Shown: positions 42,389-52,945 of the stretch, piece by piece
Layout of the letters: the number at the start of each line of letters is the position of its first letter
How positions within the stretch are numbered: position 1 is the stretch's first letter
Assembly: GCA_963829985.1 (NCBI GenBank)
Contig: CAWHKM010000006.1
Location: 133,770-197,769 of the forward strand
Direction: 5' to 3'
DNA: 64,000 nt
Source of the DNA: Rubricoccaceae bacterium
GTDB lineage: Bacteria; Bacteroidota; Rhodothermia; Rhodothermales; Rubricoccaceae
Made by a program: the position numbers and the translations under genes
The notes under the pieces: model-generated
What the model was told of the DNA's origin: nothing
What the model saw: the letters and a program-made list of their open reading frames with translations, nothing else
Databases searched by the model: none

Positions 42389-44110
42389 ATGGACGCCGAC
42401 CTCGCCTCGATCCAGGACGCCCGCGACGCCCTCACGGCCGCCGCCGCGGCGCAGGCCACGTACAAAACGTTTACGCAGGAGCAGGTAGACCGCATCGTGG
42501 ACGCGATGGTCGAGGCCGGCGCGAACGCCGCCGAGCGCCTCGCCGTGCTGGCCGTCGAGGAGACGGGCTTCGGGCGCGTGGACTCCAAGATCCAGAAAAA
42601 CCTCTTCGCCACGCGCACCCTCCAGGCGCGGATGGCGGGCATGAAGACGGCCGGCATCATCCGCAAGACGGACACCGTGTGGGAGGTCGCGACGCCGATG
42701 GGCGTCGTCGCGGCGCTTGTGCCGAGCACCAACCCGACGGCGACGGCGATGTACAAGTCCATCCTCGCAGCGAAGGCCCGCTGCGCGATCGTGATGAGCC
42801 CGCACCCGCGCGCCGCGCGCTGCACGGCCGAGGCGACGCGCGTCATCGCCGAGGCGGCCGTCGCCGCGGGCGCGCCCGAAGGCCTCTTCCACTGCCTCAC
42901 CAACGTCACGCTGGCCGCGACGGACGCGCTGCTCGAGCACCCGCTCACGAGCGTCATCCTCGCGACGGGCGGCGGGCCGATGGTGCGCGCCGCCTACTCG
43001 AAGGGCAAGCCGGCCTACGGCGTCGGCTCGGGCAACGTCCCGGCCTACGTGGACCGCTCGGCCAACATCGCCAAAGCGGCCGCCGACATCCTCACCGGCA
43101 CCGCGTTCGACTGGGGCACGCTCTGCTCGACCGAGCGCTCGGTCGTCGCGGACGCGCCCATCCGGACGAAGCTTCTCGACGCGATGCGCGAGCGCGGCGG
43201 GCACGTCTGCTCGCCCGAGGAGACGGCCAGGCTGAGGGCGATCATCAAGCCGAACGGGGTCTTCAACACCGACATCGTCGGGCAGAGCCCGCGGCGCATC
43301 GCGGAGATGGCCGGCTTCTCGGTGCCCGAGGGCGCGCAGGCGCTCGTCGCCGAGACGGACACGGTGGGGAAGGCGGAGCCGCTCTCGATGGAGACGCTCT
43401 CGCCGATCCTCTCGTTCTACACGTCGGACGGCTGGGAGGCCGGCTGCGAGCGCTGCCTCGAGATCCTGCACTTCGGCGGCGTCGGGCACACGCTGGCGCT
43501 CCACGCGACCGCCGAGCGCGTCATCGAGCAGTTCGCGCTGTACAAGCCCGCCATGCGCATCGTCGTCAACACCGTCGCCGCGCTGGGCTCGGTCGGGATG
43601 ACGACGGACCTCTTCCCGGCGATGACGCTCGGGCCGGGCGCCGTCGGCGGCTCGATCACGAGCGACAACGTTGGCCCGATGCACCTCGTGGACGTGAAGC
43701 GCGTCGCCTTCGAGGCGCACCCGCTCAACGACGCTGCGGGCGAGCGGATCGCGGCCGGCGCGCCGGCGCGCCGGCCGGAGCCGCGTTCTGCAACGCGGCC
43801 CGAGGCGCCGCGCCCGCCGGCACGTCCCGACGTACGCCCACCGGACGCGGGCGGCGACGGCGCGTCGTGGATGGACCGGATCGAGGCGAACCTGATCGCC
43901 CGGGCGGGCAACCGGGTCCACGAGGCCGCCGACGCCAGCCCGTCCGCCCCGCCGGTGCCGCCGCCGGTGCCGCCGCCGGTGCCGCCGCCGGTGCCGCCGC
44001 CGGCGCCGCGGCCTGTTGCAACCGCGCCCGCCTCCGCCTCGTCCCCCTCCGCGACGCCCGCGCTGAGCGACGCCTCGATCGACGCGCTCGTCCGCCGGTT
44101 CCGCGCCTGA
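42389..44110 (+). CDS. CoA-acylating aldehyde dehydrogenase (EutE/acetaldehyde dehydrogenase-like) with Pro-rich C-terminal extension
   Basis: Tail of track ORF 41603..44110, with the ATG at 42389. Motifs present: VPSTNPTAT, and the catalytic Cys context FDWGTLCSTERS. About 120 aa of non-ALDH tail follow. Confidence 0.8.
   Translation: MDADLASIQDARDALTAAAAAQATYKTFTQEQVDRIVDAMVEAGANAAERLAVLAVEETGFGRVDSKIQKNLFATRTLQARMAGMKTAGIIRKTDTVWEVATPMGVVAALVPSTNPTATAMYKSILAAKARCAIVMSPHPRAARCTAEATRVIAEAAVAAGAPEGLFHCLTNVTLAATDALLEHPLTSVILATGGGPMVRAAYSKGKPAYGVGSGNVPAYVDRSANIAKAAADILTGTAFDWGTLCSTERSVVADAPIRTKLLDAMRERGGHVCSPEETARLRAIIKPNGVFNTDIVGQSPRRIAEMAGFSVPEGAQALVAETDTVGKAEPLSMETLSPILSFYTSDGWEAGCERCLEILHFGGVGHTLALHATAERVIEQFALYKPAMRIVVNTVAALGSVGMTTDLFPAMTLGPGAVGGSITSDNVGPMHLVDVKRVAFEAHPLNDAAGERIAAGAPARRPEPRSATRPEAPRPPARPDVRPPDAGGDGASWMDRIEANLIARAGNRVHEAADASPSAPPVPPPVPPPVPPPVPPPAPRPVATAPASASSPSATPALSDASIDALVRRFRA
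43949..44008 (+). repeat. Five tandem copies of a 12-bp unit CCGCCGGTGCCG (last copy CCGCCGGCGCCG), in frame, encoding (PPVP)n
   Basis: Counted directly: unit starts at 43949, 43961, 43973, 43985 and 43997. Confidence 0.9.
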
Positions 44111-44125
44111 CCCAACCGCTTCTCG

Positions 44126-46117
44126 ATGGAGCCCTCCTCGCCGTCTGTCCTGCTGGGCCCCGCACTCCAGCCCGAGGAGGTCGGCGGCCTCGAGCAGCGC
44201 CTCGACGCTGCGCGCGGGCCCGAGGAACGCCTGGCCGCGCTCCTCGCGCTCGCGACGGCGCTGCCGCTGCAGGACGCCGACCGTCAGGTGGCGCTGACTC
44301 GGGAGGCGTACGCGCTCGCCTGCCGGCTAGACGACGCCACCGCGCAGGCGCTCGCCGTCGGGCTGCTGGGGCGGGCGCTCTACATCCTGTCGGACAACGC
44401 TGAGGCGCTCTCGCGCCTCGCCGAGGCCGTCGCCCGCTTCGAGGCGCTCGGCATGACCGACGACGCGCTCGCCGCGCGCGGCGCGCTCTCGGGCGCGCAC
44501 GCGAGCCTCGGTCACTACGAGGCCGCTCTCAAAGGCGCCCTCGAAAACCTCGACCAGGTCCGCGAGTCCGGCGACCGCGTCGCCGAAGGCTGGGTGCTCA
44601 ACGGCCTCAGCACGGCCTACGCGGACCTCGGCGACGCCGACCGTGCGCTCGACACGGCGCAGCAGGCGACGGCGGTGTTCGCCGAGGCGGGGCTCGAGAT
44701 CGGGCTGGCGCGCGCGGAGACGAGTGCCGGCGCGGCGCACCTGCTCCGCGGGGAGCCCGACGCCGCCGAGGCCATCCTGCAGACGGCGCTCGCGCGCTTC
44801 TACGCGCTCGGCGACCCCATCGGCACGTCGCGCGCGCTGGACGACCTGGGCACGGCGGCGCGCCTGCGCGGCGACCTCGAGGCCGGCCTCGCGCTGCACC
44901 AGCAGGCGCTCGAGCAGCGCCGCGCCCGGCCGAACCGCCACGCGCAGAGCACAAGCCTGCTCCACGTCGGCGAGGCGCTCGCCGCGCTCGGCCGGCCGGC
45001 CGCGGCCGTCGACGCGCTCACGGAGGCACTGGCGCTGGCCGCAGCCGTCGGCGCACGGCCGCGCGAGGCGCAGGTCCACGCCGCACTCATGGACGCCTAC
45101 GCCGCGCTCGGCGACACGGCGCAGGCGCTGGGCTCTGCCCGCGCCCACATCGCCGTTCGTGAGGCGATCCTCGACGCCGAGACGCGCGGGCGCCTCCAGA
45201 CGATGCAGGTCCGCTTCGAGACGGAGCAGATCCGCGAGGCGCAGGAGGCCGAGGCGGTTCGCGCCGAGGCCCTCCGCGTCGCCAACACGCGCCTCGTAGA
45301 TACGCTCCAGGAGTTGAGGTCCGCGCAGCGGCAGCTTGTCCAGACCGAGAAGCTCGCGAGCCTCGGGCGCGTCACGGCGGGCATCGCGCACGAGATCCGG
45401 AACCCCCTGAACTTTGTCGTCGGCTTCTCAGGTCTGGCCACGGACCTTGTCGCCGAGCTATCCGAGACGCTCACCGCGCACCCGCTCCCGGACGCCGCGG
45501 CGGCGGCCAGCATCAGCGAGACGCTGGGCCTGCTCGTCGCCAACGTCACGCGCATCGACGAACACGGGCGCCGCGCCAATGCCATCGTCACGAGCATGCT
45601 TGAGCACGTCCGGACCGTCGGCGGCCCGCGCGGCGAGGTCGTGCTGATGAACCTCGTCGACGCCGCCCTCGACGACGTGGCGGGCCTCGCGCCGGCCGGC
45701 CTGCACCTCGTCCGCGACGACGAGGCGCAGGGCGCCAGCGTCGTCGCCGTCGCGGGCTCGCTGCGGCGCGTCTTCGTGAACCTGCTCACCAACGCGTACG
45801 CCTCGCTCGCCGAGCGCGCCGCGACGGCGCCGGCCGGCTGGACGCCTACCCTCACGCTCTCGGCACGCCACCTCGGCGCGTCCGCCGTCGGCCCGGCCGT
45901 CGAGGTCGCCGTCGCAGACTCCGGCTCGGGGCTCTCGCCCGAGACGCGCGCCCGCGTTTTCGAGCCGTTCTTCACGACGCGCGCGACGGGGCAGGGAACC
46001 GGCCTCGGGCTGTCGCTCGCCTACGACATCGTCACGCAGGGCCACGGCGGGACGCTCGAAACCCGGGACACGCCTGGCGGCGGCGCCACGTTCGTCGTCA
46101 CCCTCCCGGCCGCGTAG
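44126..46117 (+). CDS. Cytoplasmic TPR-repeat sensor histidine kinase
   Basis: Track ORF of 663 aa. The N-terminal ~330 aa are TPR-like helical repeats, followed by a coiled coil. It has the H-box AGIAHEIRNPLNF and the ATP-binding boxes NLLTNAYAS and GTGLGLSLAYDIVTQHGG-type. Confidence 0.8.
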   Translation: MEPSSPSVLLGPALQPEEVGGLEQRLDAARGPEERLAALLALATALPLQDADRQVALTREAYALACRLDDATAQALAVGLLGRALYILSDNAEALSRLAEAVARFEALGMTDDALAARGALSGAHASLGHYEAALKGALENLDQVRESGDRVAEGWVLNGLSTAYADLGDADRALDTAQQATAVFAEAGLEIGLARAETSAGAAHLLRGEPDAAEAILQTALARFYALGDPIGTSRALDDLGTAARLRGDLEAGLALHQQALEQRRARPNRHAQSTSLLHVGEALAALGRPAAAVDALTEALALAAAVGARPREAQVHAALMDAYAALGDTAQALGSARAHIAVREAILDAETRGRLQTMQVRFETEQIREAQEAEAVRAEALRVANTRLVDTLQELRSAQRQLVQTEKLASLGRVTAGIAHEIRNPLNFVVGFSGLATDLVAELSETLTAHPLPDAAAAASISETLGLLVANVTRIDEHGRRANAIVTSMLEHVRTVGGPRGEVVLMNLVDAALDDVAGLAPAGLHLVRDDEAQGASVVAVAGSLRRVFVNLLTNAYASLAERAATAPAGWTPTLTLSARHLGASAVGPAVEVAVADSGSGLSPETRARVFEPFFTTRATGQGTGLGLSLAYDIVTQGHGGTLETRDTPGGGATFVVTLPAA

Positions 46118-46129
46118 GCCCCCGGCGCG

Positions 46130-47935
<1,806 letters not shown>

Positions 47936-48096
47936 CGGAGCGGAACGCCCGGTCCGCGCGCCGGGGTTCTCGGAGACCCTACCTGCCTCCGGATGCCCGC
48001 TGGCCGTGCCCGGATGCCTGCTGACCATGCCGCGGAGTGCGGCTGAGACGCGCTGGGACGAGTGGTGCGATTTTACAGGCCGACCACCCCGACCGA

Positions 48097-50094
48097 ATGC
48101 TCGCTGTCACGCTCCCGTTTCTGAACGAACTCGTCGCCCTGCTCGTCGCGAGCGTCGCCATCGCGTACGTCTGCATCCGGCTGCGCCTCGTGCCGATCGC
48201 GGGCTTCCTCATCGCTGGCGTGGCCATCGGGCCAAACGCGCTCGGCATCGTGTCCGACCAGACGCTCGTGGACATGCTGGCCGAGGTCGGCGTGATCCTG
48301 CTGCTCTTTACGATCGGCGTCGAGTTTTCGCTGAGCCACCTCTCGCGGCTGAAGCGCGCGATCCTCGTCGGCGGCGGCGTGCAGGTCGGCCTCACGATCG
48401 CGCTCGTCGCGGGCGGCCTCGCACTCGTCGGGACGCCGTGGGCGACGGGCGTCTACACCGGCTTCCTCGTCGCGCTGAGCAGCACGGCCATCGTGCTCGG
48501 GCTGCTCGCCGAGCGCGCCGAGACGGACTCGCCCACGGGGCGCCTCGCCGTGGCGGTGCTCGTCTTCCAGGACCTCGCCATCGTCGCGATGGTGCTCGTC
48601 GTGCCGGTCCTTGCGGGGCAGGGCGGGACGCCGGCCGAGATCGGGTTCGTCTTCCTCAAGGCGGCGCTGCTCATCGCGGCTGTGCTCGTGCTCGCGCGGC
48701 GCGGCGTGCCGTGGGTCCTCGAACGCGTCGCGCAGACGCGGCGGCAGGAGATCTTCCTGCTGACGGTCGTCGCGATCTGCTTCGGGACGGCGGCCGTGTC
48801 CAGCCTCGCCGGCGTGAGCCTCGCGCTCGGCGCCTTCCTCGCCGGCCTCGTCGTGTCGGAGAGCCGCTACTCCGAGCAGGCGCTCTCGGACGTGCTGCCG
48901 CTGCGGACCCTCTTCAACGCCGTCTTTTTCGTCTCGGTCGGGATGCTGCTCGACGTGCGGTTTCTCATCGAGCACCCCGTTCTGGTTGCCGTCGCGGCCG
49001 TCGCGGTCGTCGCGGTAAAGGCGCTTACCGGGGCGCTCGGCGTCGTCGTGGTCGGCTATCCCGTCCGGATCGCGGCCGCCGTCGGGCTGGCGCTGGCGCA
49101 GATCGGCGAGTTCTCGTTCGTCCTCGAGCGCGCCGGCCGCGCCGTGGGCCTGTCGCCGGCCGGGCTGGGCCCCGTCGGCGAGCAGGCGTTCATCGCGTCC
49201 ACGGTCCTGCTGATGCTTCTCACGCCGGCGCTGCTCGCGGCCGGTCCGCGCGTGGGCACCGCGCTAGACGCGACGCGCCTGCGCAGCCTCGGCCGCGAGC
49301 CCGACGCGCCCACGCCGGTCGAGGCGGAGCTCGAAGACCACGTCGTCGTGGTCGGCTACGGGCCGGCAGGGCGCCACCTTGTGCGCGTGCTTCGCGAGAC
49401 GGGCATTCCGTTCGTCGTCGTCGAGATGAACCCCGAGACGGTCGCCGAACTGACGGGGCAGGGCATGCGCGCGATCTACGGCGACGCGACGCGCCCGCAC
49501 ATCCTCGAGGTTGCGGGCATCGAGCGCGCCAAGCTCCTGGCCGTCGTCGTGAACGACGCCGCGGCGGCGGCGCGGACGGTCGCGCAGGCGCGCTTCGCCA
49601 ACCCGACGCTCCAGATCATCGCCCGCGTCCGTTTCCTCCACGACATCGAGGCGCTGACGACGGCCGGGGCGGACATCGTGGTGCCCGAGGAGCTTGAGAC
49701 GACGGTCCGCATCTTCTCGCACGTCCTCGGGGCGTACACCATCGCGCCGGACGAGATCGAGCGGCAGGTGCGCGTGCTCCGCTCGGAGGACTACGGCGTG
49801 CTGCGGGGCTCGATCCAGGAGGCGCACCTCATGGTGCTCCAGGGGCTCGACGAGGACGGAATGCACACGCGCGCCGTCGCCGTGCGCCCCGGCGCGCCGG
49901 CCGCAGGGCAGACGCTCGAGGCGCTCGCGCTGCGCCGCGACCACGAGATCACCGTCCTGGCTGTCCGCCGCGGGCAGGGCACGACAGCGAGTCCGGACGG
50001 GCGGTTCACGGTCGAGGCCGGCGACCGCCTCGTCCTCGTCGGCACGGCAGACCGTTTTGCCGCCGCCGCGCACCTTTTCCGGGCGCCCGTGTGA
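48097..50094 (+). CDS. Kef-type monovalent cation:proton antiporter (CPA2) with TrkA-N and TrkA-C domains
   Basis: Track ORF 48037..50094, with the ATG at 48097. It has a polytopic Na_H_exchanger region, then the Rossmann motif VVVVGYGPAGRHL and a C-terminal TrkA-C-like domain. Confidence 0.85.
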   Translation: MLAVTLPFLNELVALLVASVAIAYVCIRLRLVPIAGFLIAGVAIGPNALGIVSDQTLVDMLAEVGVILLLFTIGVEFSLSHLSRLKRAILVGGGVQVGLTIALVAGGLALVGTPWATGVYTGFLVALSSTAIVLGLLAERAETDSPTGRLAVAVLVFQDLAIVAMVLVVPVLAGQGGTPAEIGFVFLKAALLIAAVLVLARRGVPWVLERVAQTRRQEIFLLTVVAICFGTAAVSSLAGVSLALGAFLAGLVVSESRYSEQALSDVLPLRTLFNAVFFVSVGMLLDVRFLIEHPVLVAVAAVAVVAVKALTGALGVVVVGYPVRIAAAVGLALAQIGEFSFVLERAGRAVGLSPAGLGPVGEQAFIASTVLLMLLTPALLAAGPRVGTALDATRLRSLGREPDAPTPVEAELEDHVVVVGYGPAGRHLVRVLRETGIPFVVVEMNPETVAELTGQGMRAIYGDATRPHILEVAGIERAKLLAVVVNDAAAAARTVAQARFANPTLQIIARVRFLHDIEALTTAGADIVVPEELETTVRIFSHVLGAYTIAPDEIERQVRVLRSEDYGVLRGSIQEAHLMVLQGLDEDGMHTRAVAVRPGAPAAGQTLEALALRRDHEITVLAVRRGQGTTASPDGRFTVEAGDRLVLVGTADRFAAAAHLFRAPV

Positions 50095-50111
50095 CGGTTC
50101 CTGCTGCGATT

Positions 50112-50390
50112 TCAGACTGGCCGCCTGTCTCGCAGCAGCGCCGCGATATCGTCGGGTGTGCGAAGGACATGAGCGTGACGCAGCAGGTCGAGGTGGACCG
50201 CGTCGTCGGGGTAGCCCGACGGGAGCCCCGTCGTCTTGTTGACGACCCACGAGTGGAGCGGGTCACGCGGCCGGCCGCGCATCAGAAACATCGGCGGGAC
50301 GCCGAGGTGACCGGCAACGGCGCCGTACGTCGCGCGCTGCTTGGCGGCGTCGAGGGCGAGGAGCACGTCGGTCAGCGGATCGGTTGGCAT
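50112..50390 (-). CDS. Small MGMT/Atl-like DNA-binding domain protein lacking the active-site Cys
   Basis: C-terminal 92 codons of track ORF 50112..51080, with the ATG at 50390. RATYGAVAGHLGVP and LHSWVVNKTTGLPSGY loosely match the MGMT C-terminal domain (the usual motif is PCHRV). This is a weak call. Confidence 0.35.
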   Translation of the reverse strand: MPTDPLTDVLLALDAAKQRATYGAVAGHLGVPPMFLMRGRPRDPLHSWVVNKTTGLPSGYPDDAVHLDLLRHAHVLRTPDDIAALLRDRRPV

Positions 50391-50473
50391 CGGGCTGGGG
50401 GTGGACGGTGCGCATCTGACGAGGCGCCGCGGCGGTGGGGTCCGGCGTAGGTTGCCGCGCCAATCTCGTCTCG

Positions 50474-50722
50474 ATGACGCTGTACCTGTCCGACCCCGCC
50501 CGCGCCGACGCGACCTCCGCCATCCAGAACTTCTTCCAGACCGAGCGCGACGAGCACATCGGCGACCTCCAGGCCGGCTTCCTCCTCGACGCCGTCCTCG
50601 CCCATGTCGGGCCCGCCGCCTTCGACGCGGGCGTCCGCGCCGCACAGGCGCACCTGATCGGCGTCGTGTCCGAGCTCGACACCGTCGTGTTCGCGCCCGC
50701 GCCGGCGCCCCGGACGCGATGA
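50474..50722 (+). CDS. DUF2164 domain protein
   Basis: ATG at 50474 within track ORF 50435..50722. The pattern IQNFFQTERDEHIGDLQAGFLLDAVLAHVGPAAFDAG matches DUF2164 from memory. Confidence 0.55.
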   Translation: MTLYLSDPARADATSAIQNFFQTERDEHIGDLQAGFLLDAVLAHVGPAAFDAGVRAAQAHLIGVVSELDTVVFAPAPAPRTR

Positions 50723-52942
50723 CGCGCGCCAGTACCTGCGGGCTCTCGCTGCTCGTGCTGCTGCTCGCGTGCGGCTGCCGCGTCGAGAAGACGCCTGGCG
50801 AGGCCGAGACCGGCACGGCGTCGGACGTGCGGACGCGGGCCGAGGCGTATCTCGACTCGGGCCGCCCGCAGCGCGCCGCCAGCCTCCTGTGGGCCTCCAC
50901 GCAAGGCGACACCACGGGCCTCGACCCCGCGACGCGCCTTCTCCTCGCCCGCGCCGAGGCTGCCCGCGGCGGCTGGGCGCTCGTCAAGCACCTCCTCGAT
51001 GGCACCGATGGGCTGGATACGCTGGACGATGGCCGCGGGCTGTACCTGCTCGCCCGAGCCGCGGAGACGTTGGGTGACACGACGGGTGTGGCCTACGACG
51101 CCTTTCTGGCGCTGCCCGACGCCTCCGGCAGACTGGGCCTCGAGCGCGCGGCGGCGCGACTCCGCCGCGCGCTCCTCCGGCTGGACCCGGCCGCGCTCGC
51201 TGAGGCAGGAGAAATGTCGGCGGGCAACCGCGACGTGCTCCTCGCCGAGGCGCTCGCGCGCTCGAACCAGCCCGGCCGCGTCGGACGCCATCGCGAGCCG
51301 CTACACGACAGGCGCGCTCGGCCAGCGCGCCTGGACGGCACGCATCGAGGCCGCGCGGCGCACCGGTGGCCGCGACGCTGCACGGGCGATGGCGCGGCGC
51401 GCGCTCTCCGCGGCGGACACCGACGAGGCGCGCGCCACGTTTGCCTACGCAGCCGGCGACCTCCGCGTCGCCGCGGCTGCCGCGCCCGGGAGCGCCGCCG
51501 GCCGCGACGCCGTCGCCATGCTTCTGGGCTCGGGGGAGCCCGCCGCCTTGCTCGTCGTCGCCCGCTCGAACCGCGCGGTCGGTCTCAACGACGAGGCGGC
51601 CTCAGCCTTCGCCGCCTGGTTTGGGACGGGTGCCGGCACGCCGGCCGAGCAGGCCGACGTCCACGTCGAGATGGCCGACGCACTTTCCGACGCGCAGCGG
51701 TACGACGCCGCGCTCGCGGAACTCTCGTGGGTCGCCGGCCGGACAGACGCGCAGACGCTCCGCGCGGGCATCCTCAGCCGCATGGGCCGCGCCCGTGACG
51801 CAGCCGCGCTCTATCTGGAGCTCGCCCGCGCCGACCCCGCCCGGAACCTCTACCTCGCAGCGGACGCACTCCACCAGGGGGGCGACGTCGCCGCGGCGCT
51901 CCCACTCTACGCGCGTGTCGAGCGCGAGCACGCCGGCACGCCGTGGGCCGGGCACGCGACGATGCGCCGCGCCGGGCAGGCGTTTCTAACGGGCGACTAT
52001 GCCGCCGCGGCGCAGATGTGGGATGCCTACCGCGCTCGCAACCCGACGGGCGAGCACGCGCTCCGCGCCCGCTTCTGGGCCGGCCGCGCGCTTGCCGAGG
52101 CCGGCGATGCCGCCGCCGCCCGCGCGCACTTCGAGAGCGTCCGGCGCGAGGCGCGCGACTCTTACTACGCGCTGCTCGCGAGCGAAGCGCTCGGGGTCCC
52201 GTTCTGGCCGATCCCGATGGCCGCCTCGCCGCCCGACGACCCGGCCGCGGCCGCACGCGTTGAAAGGGCGCTCCGCGGCGCGGACGTGCTCCGCGAGGCA
52301 GGCTTCCCCGAGGCTGCCGAGACGGAACTCCACGCCGCGGCGGCGCGCGTCGCACCGTCCGACCGCTACGCGCTCGCCGAGGCGCTCGTCGCGCGCGGCG
52401 ACGGGCAGCGGGCGATCCGCATCGGCGCGATGCTCCCCGGCGGCACGAACCTGCGGCGTCTGCGCATCCTCTACCCGTTTCCGTTCCGCGCCCTCATCAC
52501 GGCCGAGGCGCAGGCGAATGGCGTGGACCCGTTCGTCGCGGCCGCGCTCATCCGGCAGGAGTCGCAGTTCTCGGCGCGGGCCACGTCGCACGTCGGCGCG
52601 CGGGGCCTGATGCAGCTCATGCCCGCGACCGCGCGTGCGCTCGCCGGTCCGCCCGGACCGAGCACGCCGGACGTCGTGCAGAACCTGGACAGGCCTGAGA
52701 CGAACGTGCGCCTCGGGTCGCGCTACCTCGGGCAGCAGGTCGAGGCGTACGGCGGCGCGCTGCCGGCCGTCTTCGGGGCCTACAACGCCGGCCCGCACCA
52801 GGTCGACGCGTGGCGGTCGTTCCCCGAGTACGGGCGCGACGCGCTGTTCACCGAGCGCATCCCGTTCCGCGAGACGCGCGACTACGTCAAGACGCTGACG
52901 CTCAACCGCGCGCTCTACGCCGGCCTCTACGGGACGCCCTGA
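50719..52942 (+). CDS. Soluble lytic murein transglycosylase (Slt70-like), with a 1-nt frameshift near 51275 as sequenced
   Basis: ATG at 50719 (lipobox LLLACGC) lies in the frame of track ORF 50341... The rest is in track ORF 50999..52942. The SLT domain carries IRQESQF, GLMQLMPATA and YNAGP. The span is 1 mod 3. Confidence 0.8.
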
Positions 52943-52945
52943 CGC

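Noticed and set aside
40847-43921. 1024-aa minus-strand ORF
   Set aside because: Only the C-terminal 453 codons (ATG at 42208) look like a protein. The upstream part is antisense to the well-supported aldehyde dehydrogenase gene.
43949-44008. 12-bp tandem repeat as a regulatory or CRISPR-like element
   Set aside because: It lies in frame inside the aldehyde dehydrogenase gene and simply encodes a (PPVP)n linker. It is reported as a coding microsatellite only.
42209-46117. Bacterial microcompartment locus around the EutE-like aldehyde dehydrogenase
   Set aside because: No BMC-H/BMC-T/BMC-P shell genes, phosphotransacylase or signature enzyme are present in the window. Only the tail-peptide resemblance remains, and it is reported as a low-certainty finding.
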